A stretch of DNA of 61,704 nucleotides, counting the filler. It is 10 parts of 10 records of this genome, joined end to end, with 100 filler letters (N's around TTAATTAATTAA, not from the genome) between each part and the next. Parts side by side here need not be neighbours in the genome. Positions count along the whole stretch, not along the records: positions 1 to 5,862 come from SRR31147125_121241; positions 5,963 to 11,192 come from SRR31147125_121454; 8 more parts are not named here. One strand, written 5' to 3'. The notes under the pieces are model-generated. The model searched no databases. It saw nothing but the letters and a program-made list of their open reading frames with translations, and was not told the DNA's origin. Of this stretch, positions 1 through 9,636 are shown piece after piece. The translations under genes and the position numbers were made by a program. Position 1 is the stretch's first letter. The number at the start of each line of letters is the position of its first letter.

Positions 1-1047
1 GCCGGCCTTGGCAGCGAATTCCTTTACAGCGACCGCACCACACTGTACAGCAGCTATACGCTGGAAAACGAGCGCAGCGACAACGGCGTTCTGGCCCGCA
101 AGGGCAACATGGCCTCCGGCTTCCGTACGCGTTATTCCGATGTCACCAGTGTTTATGTCGAGGAGAAGTACAGTCATGGCGACACACCGACCGGCCTGGT
201 CCATACGGCCGGAGTTGATCTGACCCCGTCGGAACGCCTGAACTTTTCCGTCAGTCTCGATCTCGGCACCCTGAAAGACCCCGATACCGCGGCTGAGCTT
301 GAACGCACGGCTGCCTCTTTAAGTGCTGGCTATGGATTTGAGCGCCTGGCCCTGGCCAGCGGATTGGAATATCGAGTCGACAACAGTGAGCAGAGCGACG
401 GCAGTTACAGCAAGCGAACGACCTGGTTGTTCAAAAACAGTTGTAAATTCCAGCTCAATGATGACAGTCGCCTGATCGGAAAGTTCAATCTGTCAATGAG
501 TGAAAGCTCTCTGGGCTCCTCTTATGACGGCGACTATAGCGAAGCGGTACTCGGTTATGCTTATCGCCCGGTTGCACACGACCGACTGAACCTGCTCTTC
601 AAATACACTTATTTTTACAATCTTCCATCTACGGATACAGATGCGGTCTCTGACACGACACTGATTCAGCGCAGCCATATCGCTGCTGTTGATCTGATGT
701 ACGACCTGACGCCGCGCTGGACCGTCGGCGGCAAGTATGCTTATCGCCTCGGTCAGATCGCACTTGATCGTGATAACCCGGAATATTTTGACAGTCGGGC
801 CCAGCTTATGGTGGCCCGGGTTGACTGGCACCTGCTGCACCGCTGGGACGCTCTGGTCGAGGCCCGTCTGCTCGATCTGCCCGACGCACAGGATCAGCGC
901 AGCGGTGCGCTGGTGGCTCTGTATCGCCACTTCGGCAACCATATCAAGGCCGGGGTGGGCTATAACTTCAGCGACTTTTCCGATGACCTGACCGAGCTCG
1001 ATTATCGTCATCAGGGATTGTTCGTCAATATTATCGGTAAGTTCTGA
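1..1047 (+). CDS. C-terminal part of a large outer-membrane beta-barrel protein (5' truncated)
   Basis: Frame is open from base 1. Amphipathic beta-strand pattern (AVLGYAYRP, IKAGVGYNF) and terminal Phe in GLFVNIIGKF, a BamA beta-signal-like end. Confidence 0.75.
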   Translation, partial: AGLGSEFLYSDRTTLYSSYTLENERSDNGVLARKGNMASGFRTRYSDVTSVYVEEKYSHGDTPTGLVHTAGVDLTPSERLNFSVSLDLGTLKDPDTAAELERTAASLSAGYGFERLALASGLEYRVDNSEQSDGSYSKRTTWLFKNSCKFQLNDDSRLIGKFNLSMSESSLGSSYDGDYSEAVLGYAYRPVAHDRLNLLFKYTYFYNLPSTDTDAVSDTTLIQRSHIAAVDLMYDLTPRWTVGGKYAYRLGQIALDRDNPEYFDSRAQLMVARVDWHLLHRWDALVEARLLDLPDAQDQRSGALVALYRHFGNHIKAGVGYNFSDFSDDLTELDYRHQGLFVNIIGKF

Positions 1048-1088
1048 TGGCTGACGACACAGGGATAAAGGAAAGAGAGGTTTATAAG

Positions 1089-1601
1089 ATGGTTAACAAA
1101 CGATTCATCACGCTGCTGCTGTTGCTGATCTGCGCGGCTCAGGGCGTCTGCGCCGCTCAAGAGCAGCCGCACCTTGATCAGGGGCTGGATGAGCAGATTC
1201 AGGAGATTAAAAGCGAAATCATCGATATCTCGGCAGAGCTTGATCTGCTCGAGGAAAAACTGCTTTATCCGTCACACAGTCAGGTTGCGCTCTTTATCTC
1301 CCTCGACGCGGAGGAGGAATTCCGTCTCGACAGTGTCGGTATTGAGATCGATGGGGCTCCTGCAGCCGAGCATATCTACAGTCACAAAGAACTTGAGGCT
1401 CTGCGCAAGGGTGGGGTACAGCGCATCTATGAAGGCAATCTGAAAACCGGCAGACATCGTTGTCTGGTGCGCTATCAGGGGCTGACGAAAGGGGGCAGTC
1501 CGTTTTCACATGAACAGACTTTTTCTTTTGACAAAGGCCTTAAACCGGGACTGGGCGAGATCGTGCTCAGACGGCAAAACGCGACTTACAGAGACAGGTA
1601 A
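1089..1601 (+). CDS. Secreted conserved hypothetical protein (coiled coil + small beta domain)
   Basis: GAGAGG RBS before the ATG at 1089. Signal peptide MVNKRFITLLLLLICAAQGVCA. No HTH visible. Confidence 0.65.
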   Translation: MVNKRFITLLLLLICAAQGVCAAQEQPHLDQGLDEQIQEIKSEIIDISAELDLLEEKLLYPSHSQVALFISLDAEEEFRLDSVGIEIDGAPAAEHIYSHKELEALRKGGVQRIYEGNLKTGRHRCLVRYQGLTKGGSPFSHEQTFSFDKGLKPGLGEIVLRRQNATYRDR

Positions 1602-1604
1602 ACG

Positions 1605-3476
1605 ATGAAACGCATTTTGCTTGTGCCGTTCATACTGCTCGGAATAATCCTCCTGACCTCGGCGGTCCGGGCCGAAGACGCTGCAGATCTCTATTTCAGC
1701 GAGGCACTGTTCCATGCTTACAAAGGCGACTGGTTCAAAGCTATCAGCAGACTCGACAGCGAACTGACGCTGCATTACGGCCTCGACGAGCCGCAGCTCG
1801 ACAGCCTTTTTGCCCAACTCGACAAAGCCGAATTTGCCGTCGGCGACTTTGAGCTGGCGTATGGCATGCACCTGCGCGCCGGACGGGCCATCAAGGCCGT
1901 CATCGAAGCTGATGTCAGCGACACGGTGCGGAATGGCGCCCTTTATCGTCTGGCCCGGATCCACTATCGCAAAGGTCAGATCACCAACGCCCTGCATGCA
2001 CTCGAACGGATGAAGGGCGAGATTCCGGACAGACTGAGCATGGATATCGCCGAACTGAGGGCCCTTGTCCTGATGGCCTCCGGCCGTAGCGAAGAGGCGA
2101 TCAAACTATTGAAACAACTGCGCTCTGACGAAGACCGTGCGGCACTGAGCAATTACAATCTCGGCATCGCCTATCTTCTTAATGACCAGTCCCTTGCCGC
2201 CTGGAAACAGCTCGATGAGGCGGGTCGGCGGGAAGCGCAGACAAATGAACAGCAGGCCCTCAAAGACAGAACCAACTTGGTTCTGGCTGATCAGTTGCTC
2301 GGTTCCGGTGAGCCTGCCCGGGCCAAAGATATCTTTGATCGCGTCAGCCTTGAAGGCCCCTGGTCCAACCGTTCCCTGCTCGGTTCCGGATGGGCCGATG
2401 CGGCGCGAGACGACTATGAACAGGCCATTGTCCCCTGGGCTCTGCTCAGTCAGCGCGAGCCCGGTGATGCCTCGGTCCAGGAAGCTCTGCTGGCGCTGCC
2501 CTATGCCTACGGCAAACTCGGCGTCTACAGCCGGGCGGCCCTGCATTACAGTCGGGCGCTACAATTGTTCGGCGATGAAATCGATAAACTCAGCGCAGCT
2601 TTGAGCAAAATCCGCACGGGCGCCTTTCTCGAAGCACTCAAACGGGCTGCCGCGCAAGAGCGTGGTGACCGCCTTGAACAATTGCGGTCCCTGCCGCAGA
2701 GCAATGAAACCCTTTATCTGCTGGAACTGATGGCGGCCCATGAGTTCCATGAAGGCTTCAACAATTATCTCGATCTGCTGCGTCTGCAACGCCGTCTGAC
2801 CCTGTGGCAGGTCAATCTCGGGGCCCTGGAGGAACTGGTTGAGCTACGCCGCGCATATTATCAGCCGCTGTTGCCGCAAATCGATCGAACGTTTCGTCTA
2901 CTTGATGCGCGTATGCGTCTGCGCCTGGAACAACGACAGCGGGTCGAGAGACAACTGAACTCTCTGTTGACCACTCCACGCGTGGAACTGCTGATGAGTG
3001 TTTCGGAACGCAAAGCGCGGGAACGACTGGCCCTGCTGCGTCAACAGACCGGCGTCAGTGAAGAGGACCTGCACCGTATTGAGCGCCTGGAGGGCCTGTT
3101 GCTGTGGCAGATGACACGCGATTACGATGATCGTCAAACCAGAGCCTTTGAACAACTGAAAGCCCTGAATCAGCACATTGAAGAAATGACAACGCGTTAT
3201 CGTTCCTTTATCCGTCTGCGTCAGGCAGCCCGGCAGAGTTACAGGGGCTATGCCGACCGGATCCGGCGCCAAAAGAATCGCATCACCACTGCGACAAAAA
3301 AGGTTGAACATCTACTGAAACGGCAGGGCCACGAGCTCGAAAACCTGGCAGTTACCGAGCTGGAGCAGCGCCGTCAGCGCCTCGAGGAATTTCAGGTCAA
3401 GGCCCGATTCGCCATGGCCGACAGCTATGACCGGGCCGTTACCGGCTCGCAGCAGAAACAGGAGGAGACACCATGA
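1605..3476 (+). CDS. Secreted TPR protein with a long C-terminal coiled coil (GltC-like)
   Basis: Signal peptide ending AVRA, TPR-like helices (ALYRLARIHY, NYNLGIAYL, LLGSGWA), E/R/Q-rich coiled-coil tail. Confidence 0.7.
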   Translation: MKRILLVPFILLGIILLTSAVRAEDAADLYFSEALFHAYKGDWFKAISRLDSELTLHYGLDEPQLDSLFAQLDKAEFAVGDFELAYGMHLRAGRAIKAVIEADVSDTVRNGALYRLARIHYRKGQITNALHALERMKGEIPDRLSMDIAELRALVLMASGRSEEAIKLLKQLRSDEDRAALSNYNLGIAYLLNDQSLAAWKQLDEAGRREAQTNEQQALKDRTNLVLADQLLGSGEPARAKDIFDRVSLEGPWSNRSLLGSGWADAARDDYEQAIVPWALLSQREPGDASVQEALLALPYAYGKLGVYSRAALHYSRALQLFGDEIDKLSAALSKIRTGAFLEALKRAAAQERGDRLEQLRSLPQSNETLYLLELMAAHEFHEGFNNYLDLLRLQRRLTLWQVNLGALEELVELRRAYYQPLLPQIDRTFRLLDARMRLRLEQRQRVERQLNSLLTTPRVELLMSVSERKARERLALLRQQTGVSEEDLHRIERLEGLLLWQMTRDYDDRQTRAFEQLKALNQHIEEMTTRYRSFIRLRQAARQSYRGYADRIRRQKNRITTATKKVEHLLKRQGHELENLAVTELEQRRQRLEEFQVKARFAMADSYDRAVTGSQQKQEETP

Positions 3477-5862
3477 TGCGCTGGACCGTAGTCTTTTGCG
3501 CCCTGTTCCTCTGCGCCTGTTCAGGTGGTCGTCAAACTGGCGTGATTGCCGAATTGCGCGAGCGTAAAGTTGATCTCAGTGACGTGCCGATCAGTTCCGG
3601 AATGGATCAGGCCATGGCCGGTTATCGTCAGTTCCTTGAGCAAGCGGATACCGAGTCAAAGCTGACCCCCGAAGCCCTGCGCCGTCTGGCCGATCTGAAA
3701 ATAGAAAAGGAATACGGTCTGGTTGAGGACTCCGGACAGGCTGAAGAGCAGGTTGAAAATTCCCTGATCCTGACCAATTCCCCGGCAGAGGTCATTGAAG
3801 ACACTGATCACACGGAACCCGCCGTCAATGTTAACAATAAGGATATTGCCGAGGCGTCTGACGCCCCACTGCCGGAGAGTCGACCCAAGCGGATCAATGC
3901 AGTTGCTTCACCCAAGCTGCAGGGTGAACAGACCCGCGAAAGCGCATCTGACCCTGTGCCTGTCGAAACGCCGCAGACGGCAGATCAGCCGCTGCCTCAG
4001 GAGGATGATCTGGCCAAAGCCGGTCCCGTCGAGGCGATCGCTCTCTACCAAAGACTGCTTGAACAGTACCCTCTCTATGAACGTAACGACCAGGTGCTTT
4101 ACCAGATGTCGCGGCCTATGAAGAGCTTGGCCGCATCGATGAAGCCATGGAGGTCATGGGACGCCTGGTGCGCACATACCCGCAATCGCGCTATATCGAT
4201 GAAGTCCAGTTCCGCCGTGCCGAGAATCTCTTTACCCGGCGCAAGTACCTTGATGCCGAAGAGGCCTACACCGTGATTGTCAAAATCGGCGTGACTTCGA
4301 CCTATTACCCACTGGCGCTCTACAAGCTTGGCTGGACTTTTACAAACAGGAGTTATATGAGGAGGCGCTGGATCAGTTCATCGCTCTGCTTGATTACAAA
4401 GTCTCCATCGGTTCCGATTTCACCCGTGATGAAGACCCCCTCGAGCGCAAACGCATCGATGATGCCTTCCGCGCCATCAGTCTGAGTTTTTCCTATCTCG
4501 GCGGGGCTCCTGCCGCAGCCGATTACTTCGCCGATCAGGGTTCGCGAGCATATGAATATATCGTCTATCGGAATCTGGCCGAGTACTATCTGCTCAAACG
4601 GCGCTACAGTGACGCTGTCGCAGCCTACAGCAAGTTCAACGAACTCAATCCCTTCCACGAGCAGGCGCCGATTTTTGCTCTGAAAATTATTGAGGTGAAC
4701 ACCGCCGGCGGCTTCCCCTCTCTGGTCATTGAAGCGAAAAAGCGTTTTTCTCGCGATTATGGTCTTAAATCAGACTACTGGTTGCACTTTGAACAGGACA
4801 ACCGGCCCGAAGTGATCGCCGGGCTGAAAAGCAATCTGATCGATCTGGCCAATCATTACCATGCGCTTTATCAGGATCCTGAGGAAAAAAAGAACAAGGC
4901 CGTCCATATGGATGAAGCAGTGGTCTGGTACCGGCAGTTCCTCGGCTCTTTCGAAGAGACCGGGGAGGCTGCCTCAATCAATCATCAACTGGCCGACCTC
5001 TATCTGGAAAATCACTCCTGGCGCTCTGCCGCACTTGAATATGAAAAGACCGCCTACAATTATAAGGCCCATGATCGTTCGGACAAGGCCGGTTATTCCG
5101 CCGTCTACGCTTGGCGGCAGCAGCTTAATGAGGAAAAAGATGAGCAGCAGAGTCGTCCTGCCCGGCGCGACGTTATCCGCTCCTCTCTGAAGTTTGTCGC
5201 CGCTTATCAGCAACATGAAAAGGCCGATGTCGTACTGGAGCAGCTGCCGATGACCTTTATGTGCTGGAGGATTTCCCCAAAGCACTTGAAGTGGCGCGCC
5301 GGGTACTGGAAACATTCCCACAGGCTGCGACCGATATTACCCGCTCTGCCTGGCTGGTGGTTGCTCACTCCAGCTATGAACTGACTCAGTATGCTGATGC
5401 TGAGGAAGGTTACCTGCAGGTGCTGCAGCATCTCGAAGAAAAGTCGAAGAAACGGGTCGAACTGATTGACAACCTCGCGACGTCCATCTACCGGCAGGGT
5501 GAGCAGGCCAATGAGATGGAGGATTATGCTGCCGCAGCCGAACATTTCCTGCGGATCGGCAGACTCGCTCCAACATCTGCAATACGCTTAACGGCTGACT
5601 ATGATGCCGCCACCGCCTTTATCCAATATCAGGCCTGGGATCAGGCGGCACAGGTCCTGAACGATTTTCGCCGGCATTATCCAGAGAATGAACGGCAGCC
5701 GCAGGTGACGAAAAACTGGCCTATGTTTATCGCGAAGCAGGAAAACCGGCTCTTGCCGCGAACGAATTTGAGCGTATCGATCGAGAATCAAACGATCCCG
5801 ATGTGCGCAGAGAAGCCCTGCAACTGGCGGCTGAACTCTACCTCGAAGCACAGCAGGAGCTG
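3473..5862 (+). CDS. Large TPR lipoprotein (GltD/AgmU-like), 3' truncated, with about 4 single-base frameshifts
   Basis: Lipobox LCAC. TPR sequence is continuous if one base is restored near 4114, 4340, 5238 and 5715. ATGA overlap with the upstream gene. Confidence 0.7.
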
Positions 5863-5962
5863 NNNNNNNNNNNNNNNNNNNNNNNNNNNNNNNNNNNNNN
5901 NNNNNNTTAATTAATTAANNNNNNNNNNNNNNNNNNNNNNNNNNNNNNNNNNNNNNNNNNNN
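5863..5962. other. Artificial contig linker N44-TTAATTAATTAA-N44
   Basis: The same 100-bp spacer, with stops in all six frames, recurs at 11193, 18596, 23921, 31304, 37483, 42989, 48166 and 56559. Confidence 0.98.
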
Positions 5963-5963
5963 C

Positions 5964-7370
5964 ATCGCCGGGGAAAACCTCTGGAGAGTGATGTGGTCGC
6001 TGTCATGGCCGGCGGTGATCGCCATGGTGCTCTACGGACTGAATACCGTATTCGATGCGATTTTCGTCGGACGTTTCGTCGGCGAGATGGCGCTGGCTGG
6101 TGTTTCCATCGCCTACCCGCTGTCAATGGTTTCCCTTGGTGTCGGCTCCCTTGTGGGCGTCGGTGCCGGCTCTCTGCTCAGCATCGTCATCGGTGCCGGC
6201 GATCTTCGAAAACAGGAACGGCTGATGGGCAATGTGAACTACCTTTCCATCATCATCAGCATCCTCTACATGGCCCTCGCCCTTCCGGTGGCCGTTCCCC
6301 TTGTACGGATGATGGGCGGCGAAGGCGCGGCCCTGGCCGAAGGAGTGGCCTACTTCCGGATTACCACCATCGGTGTCTTCTTCTGGATCCATGGACTGGC
6401 CCTGAACATGGTGGTTCGTGCCGAGGGCAAGATGAAGTCCGCCGCAGTGATGATGGCCATGGGCCTGGTGATGAATGTCCTGTTCAACTCCCTGTTCATC
6501 ATCGTCCTGGGCTGGGGCGTGAAAGGAGCCGCCTGGGGGACGAACATCGGTATGGCCGTCTATGTCCTGGTGGGACTTCTCTACTTCAACGGGAAGCAGG
6601 TGAGTTTTCCCGCACGGCCATTCGAAGTTCATCGGGACTCGGACATTATCAAGTCCATTCTTTCCATGGGAGCTTCATCCCTGATTATGTCGGTAATGAC
6701 CCTTCTGCAGTCTGTCGTGGTGTACCGGGCCCTGGCAAAACATGGTTCCATTCTGGAGGTTGCATTCTACGGAGTCGCCTACCGGATCTTCAATCTGCTG
6801 CTCACGCCCATATTCGGACTGATGCGGGCCCTGCAGCCGGTTGTCGGCATCAACTTCGGCGCTGGGGAGAACAAGCGTGTCGTCCGCAGTTTCTGGATCT
6901 TCGCCGTCGCCGCCCTGGTATTGATCCTGCCACTGTGGACCTTCGCCATGGCCGCTCCCGGATCCATACTGGGGCTGATGTTTCCAGCGGTGGAGTTCAC
7001 TGCCGCGGCAATCGCCAACTACCGCATCTTCCTCTGTATTGTGCCCATCCTGCCTGTCGTCTTCATGGCTATGACCTTCTACCCTGCCATCGACATGGGC
7101 GGACCGGCGGCGCTGATCGGCATCGTCCGGCAGCTGGTGTTCTATGTTCCCGTGATGCTCATCCTGCCCCGGCTCTTCGGGATCCGGTGGGTGTATCTCG
7201 GAAGCCTGCTGATCGATGTGGCGGTGGTACTCATCGCACTGGCTATGCTGATCCCGGTGTTCCGGAAGCTCTGGAGCGGAACGTTGAAATACGATCCGGC
7301 GAAGCACAGCGGCGGGCCGGCGTCCGGGGCCGGTGAAGCCCCTGATGCCGAACTCGAACCGATCATCTGA
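5964..7370 (+). CDS. MATE-family efflux transporter (MepA-like), 5' truncated
   Basis: DAIFVGRFVG..ALAGVSIAYP, GVKGAAWGT and QPVVGINFGAG motifs; about 12 TM segments. Confidence 0.9.
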   Translation: MAGENLWRVMWSLSWPAVIAMVLYGLNTVFDAIFVGRFVGEMALAGVSIAYPLSMVSLGVGSLVGVGAGSLLSIVIGAGDLRKQERLMGNVNYLSIIISILYMALALPVAVPLVRMMGGEGAALAEGVAYFRITTIGVFFWIHGLALNMVVRAEGKMKSAAVMMAMGLVMNVLFNSLFIIVLGWGVKGAAWGTNIGMAVYVLVGLLYFNGKQVSFPARPFEVHRDSDIIKSILSMGASSLIMSVMTLLQSVVVYRALAKHGSILEVAFYGVAYRIFNLLLTPIFGLMRALQPVVGINFGAGENKRVVRSFWIFAVAALVLILPLWTFAMAAPGSILGLMFPAVEFTAAAIANYRIFLCIVPILPVVFMAMTFYPAIDMGGPAALIGIVRQLVFYVPVMLILPRLFGIRWVYLGSLLIDVAVVLIALAMLIPVFRKLWSGTLKYDPAKHSGGPASGAGEAPDAELEPII

Positions 7371-7385
7371 TTGTCCATCGACTGG

Positions 7386-7631
7386 TTACAGAAGTATCAG
7401 AGAGCTGTATTGAAAGGAAAACCGGCGTCCCCGGCTGTCGGCCACAGCGCCAGTCGGGATCTCGAAGAGCGTCATTGCGGCTGTGAAAGAGACATTGACA
7501 ATAAATACCCTGCCGATGCTGAGCCCCGCATCTATCAGGTATTGGGTATTGACCCCCCAGATCAGGGAAGCCGCCAATGCATTTGCGCTGCTGAGCAGAT
7601 AGAACCGCCGGCGGATAGTATCTGGAATCAA
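7386..7631 (-). pseudogene. N-terminal remnant of an MFS transporter
   Basis: LFEIPTGAVADSRGRR is MFS motif A after TM2. The ORF stops after 81 aa, right against the end of the MATE gene. Confidence 0.7.
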
Positions 7632-7739
7632 AGGGATTATTTAAATTCTACAAGCCAATCCGCTGACACAAAAGGTCCTGTAGTCGTTTTGCGGATTGGG
7701 CTGACTGTAAAGCTTCGGGAAATCCAACGAGATTTCTGT

Positions 7740-8810
7740 TCATGGATCAGGATAGATAAAGCATTCATCGAGCTGTGGCCATTCTTCCGTGCCATACAGT
7801 CTGTCAATCATCCACCGGTGGATTTCCGCGGGTTCCAGAGCTATATCAGGATAGAGGATTTTGGCAAAATAGGCGATTCCCGCGGGGTATCGGAGGGAGA
7901 TGAAAAGGTCCGACTTAACGATGAAAACCCTGTCGTCCACCAATGCTGTGATGGAAGAGATCTCATCGCGTTCCATGATTGATGTTTTGAGTTCCTCCAT
8001 TCCTTGTTGATCGAGGTCGCCGCTGGTTCTCCGTATCATTGTATCCGGGTTTTCCATGGCGATGAATTCTGGACTCAGGATCGGATACCTCACCAGTTCA
8101 TCCGTGGCGATATTCCGGCCTCCGGCAGCGGCCAGGAATCCATGATAACCGGTGGACCCAGAGGCGCTTTTATATGCTTTCCTGTTTTCGAAGAACACCC
8201 GGACTTTCCCGTCTTCGGACAGGTTGAGTGCGGTGATCGCCTCATTCACTTCCTCCAGGGTTTCATCAACCAGACTGAGTATCTCCTCCGCCCGTTCGGC
8301 TTCTCCCAAGGCCGTTCCGAGATTCCGGACTAATACCGGGAGACGGTCTGGGTCGCTGGTTGATTCGATGATTACTGATATTCCCTGGCGTTCCAGTATC
8401 TCTATCTTGCCATCATCGAACATCGGATCTGCGATTACCAGATCTGGCTGGACCGCAATGAGAGTCTCCATGTTCGGTGAATAGGAGTGTTTGCCGACGA
8501 TTGGAACTTCTTTCATTCCGGATGGAAAAGTGCTGTACGAACAGCGTCCCACCATCCGCTCCGACGCCCCTAATGCTGCAACCACCTCGGTGAGGCCCGA
8601 GTTCAGGCAAACGACCGCTTCTACAGGCTGACCCACCATCACTAAACGGTTCTGGGAATCAACTACCTCCACAGTTGCTTTTTCCTGCTGCAATGCAATA
8701 GCGGAGTTTTCATCAGCAGAGCCCCGGGCAGGCAGATCCCCGGAAAGAACCAGACTGAGGAGCAGGCTGAAGAAAACCAACAGTCCTGGTGAGGGTTTAT
8801 GCGAAATCAT
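7740..8810 (-). CDS. Cobalamin/Fe-siderophore-type ABC substrate-binding protein
   Basis: VVDSQNRLV..P....VCL...TEVVAALGA and SPNMETLIAVQPDLVI motifs; N-terminal signal. Confidence 0.85.
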   Translation of the reverse strand: MISHKPSPGLLVFFSLLLSLVLSGDLPARGSADENSAIALQQEKATVEVVDSQNRLVMVGQPVEAVVCLNSGLTEVVAALGASERMVGRCSYSTFPSGMKEVPIVGKHSYSPNMETLIAVQPDLVIADPMFDDGKIEILERQGISVIIESTSDPDRLPVLVRNLGTALGEAERAEEILSLVDETLEEVNEAITALNLSEDGKVRVFFENRKAYKSASGSTGYHGFLAAAGGRNIATDELVRYPILSPEFIAMENPDTMIRRTSGDLDQQGMEELKTSIMERDEISSITALVDDRVFIVKSDLFISLRYPAGIAYFAKILYPDIALEPAEIHRWMIDRLYGTEEWPQLDECFIYPDP

Positions 8811-9591
8811 TGAGGACATGCCGCATCTTTTCGATGAAGAGATCCTGGATAGCCGGGACTACTGCAAGACCATCGGTGGCTGTGGCCGGTAAACCGAGGG
8901 AGCTCTTCATCGACTCATCCCCGTCGCCCATGACATCGTTCTTCATGTGATCGCCATAGGTGAGCATGAAGGAAATGAACTTTACCTTCTTAACGTCGGA
9001 AGAAAGTATCTCATCCCGAACCGGCGGCCATTCTGGCCGCCCTTCGATAGTGGTCAAGAACGTATTCCTGTAGTTGTTCCTCAGGTGGAAATCTATTTGT
9101 TCCAGTTCCGCATTGAACTGTATGAACTCTTCATTTCCATGAGCGCAGAAAACCGTCGCAGTCTGGTCCGATTCGGCGATCTCGGTTTCCATTGCCAGTA
9201 TCGCATTCTTCAGGTTCTCCGGATAACAAAGCAGGGGATGGACATACTTGACATTGAGGCCCCTTGTGGATTCAAACAGTACCTGCCGGTATTTTGTGCC
9301 GGGCATAATGAGGAAGTTCACAACCAGTACTTCGCTCCTGCCTGTTTCCGCCAGGTATTCCATCGACTCCCTTATGTTCATCAGCGGCGCCTTGCGCGGG
9401 AAGAGCTCCGTTGTCCCTTTCTGGCGGAGACGGTTCACGACGATATTCCCAGTGAGTCCCCAGAATACTTCGTTGTCCGGAAAGGCTTTTCTCACAGCAC
9501 TGTCGAAAACTGCTAGGTTATCGAGCCCCGATTCATAGGAGGAACCGAAAGCGGCGATCAGGATCGTGGTCTTATTGTCGTTGTTTTTCAT
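8797..9591 (-). CDS. cbiK: Sirohydrochlorin cobaltochelatase, cytoplasmic type
   Basis: ILIAAFGSS, CAHGN, IEGRP and YGDHMKND motifs; GGAG RBS. Confidence 0.85.
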   Translation of the reverse strand: MKNNDNKTTILIAAFGSSYESGLDNLAVFDSAVRKAFPDNEVFWGLTGNIVVNRLRQKGTTELFPRKAPLMNIRESMEYLAETGRSEVLVVNFLIMPGTKYRQVLFESTRGLNVKYVHPLLCYPENLKNAILAMETEIAESDQTATVFCAHGNEEFIQFNAELEQIDFHLRNNYRNTFLTTIEGRPEWPPVRDEILSSDVKKVKFISFMLTYGDHMKNDVMGDGDESMKSSLGLPATATDGLAVVPAIQDLFIEKMRHVLNDFA

Positions 9592-9636
9592 ATTCTCCAT
9601 ACCGTCCATAGGTCGCAGGATGTCGTCGATTGACGA

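Noticed and set aside
3473-5862. Programmed frameshifting or pseudogenisation of the TPR lipoprotein
   Set aside because: Same homopolymer indel pattern as in unrelated contigs, and no in-frame nonsense decay seen.
5863-5962. Repeated TTAATTAATTAA motif as a biological repeat or CRISPR
   Set aside because: Always centred in 88 Ns at contig ends; it is an artificial all-frame-stop linker. Gene neighbourhoods across linkers are meaningless.
5993-7336. 447-aa Arg/His/Pro-rich overlapping ORF
   Set aside because: Alternative-frame artefact of the high-GC3 MATE gene.
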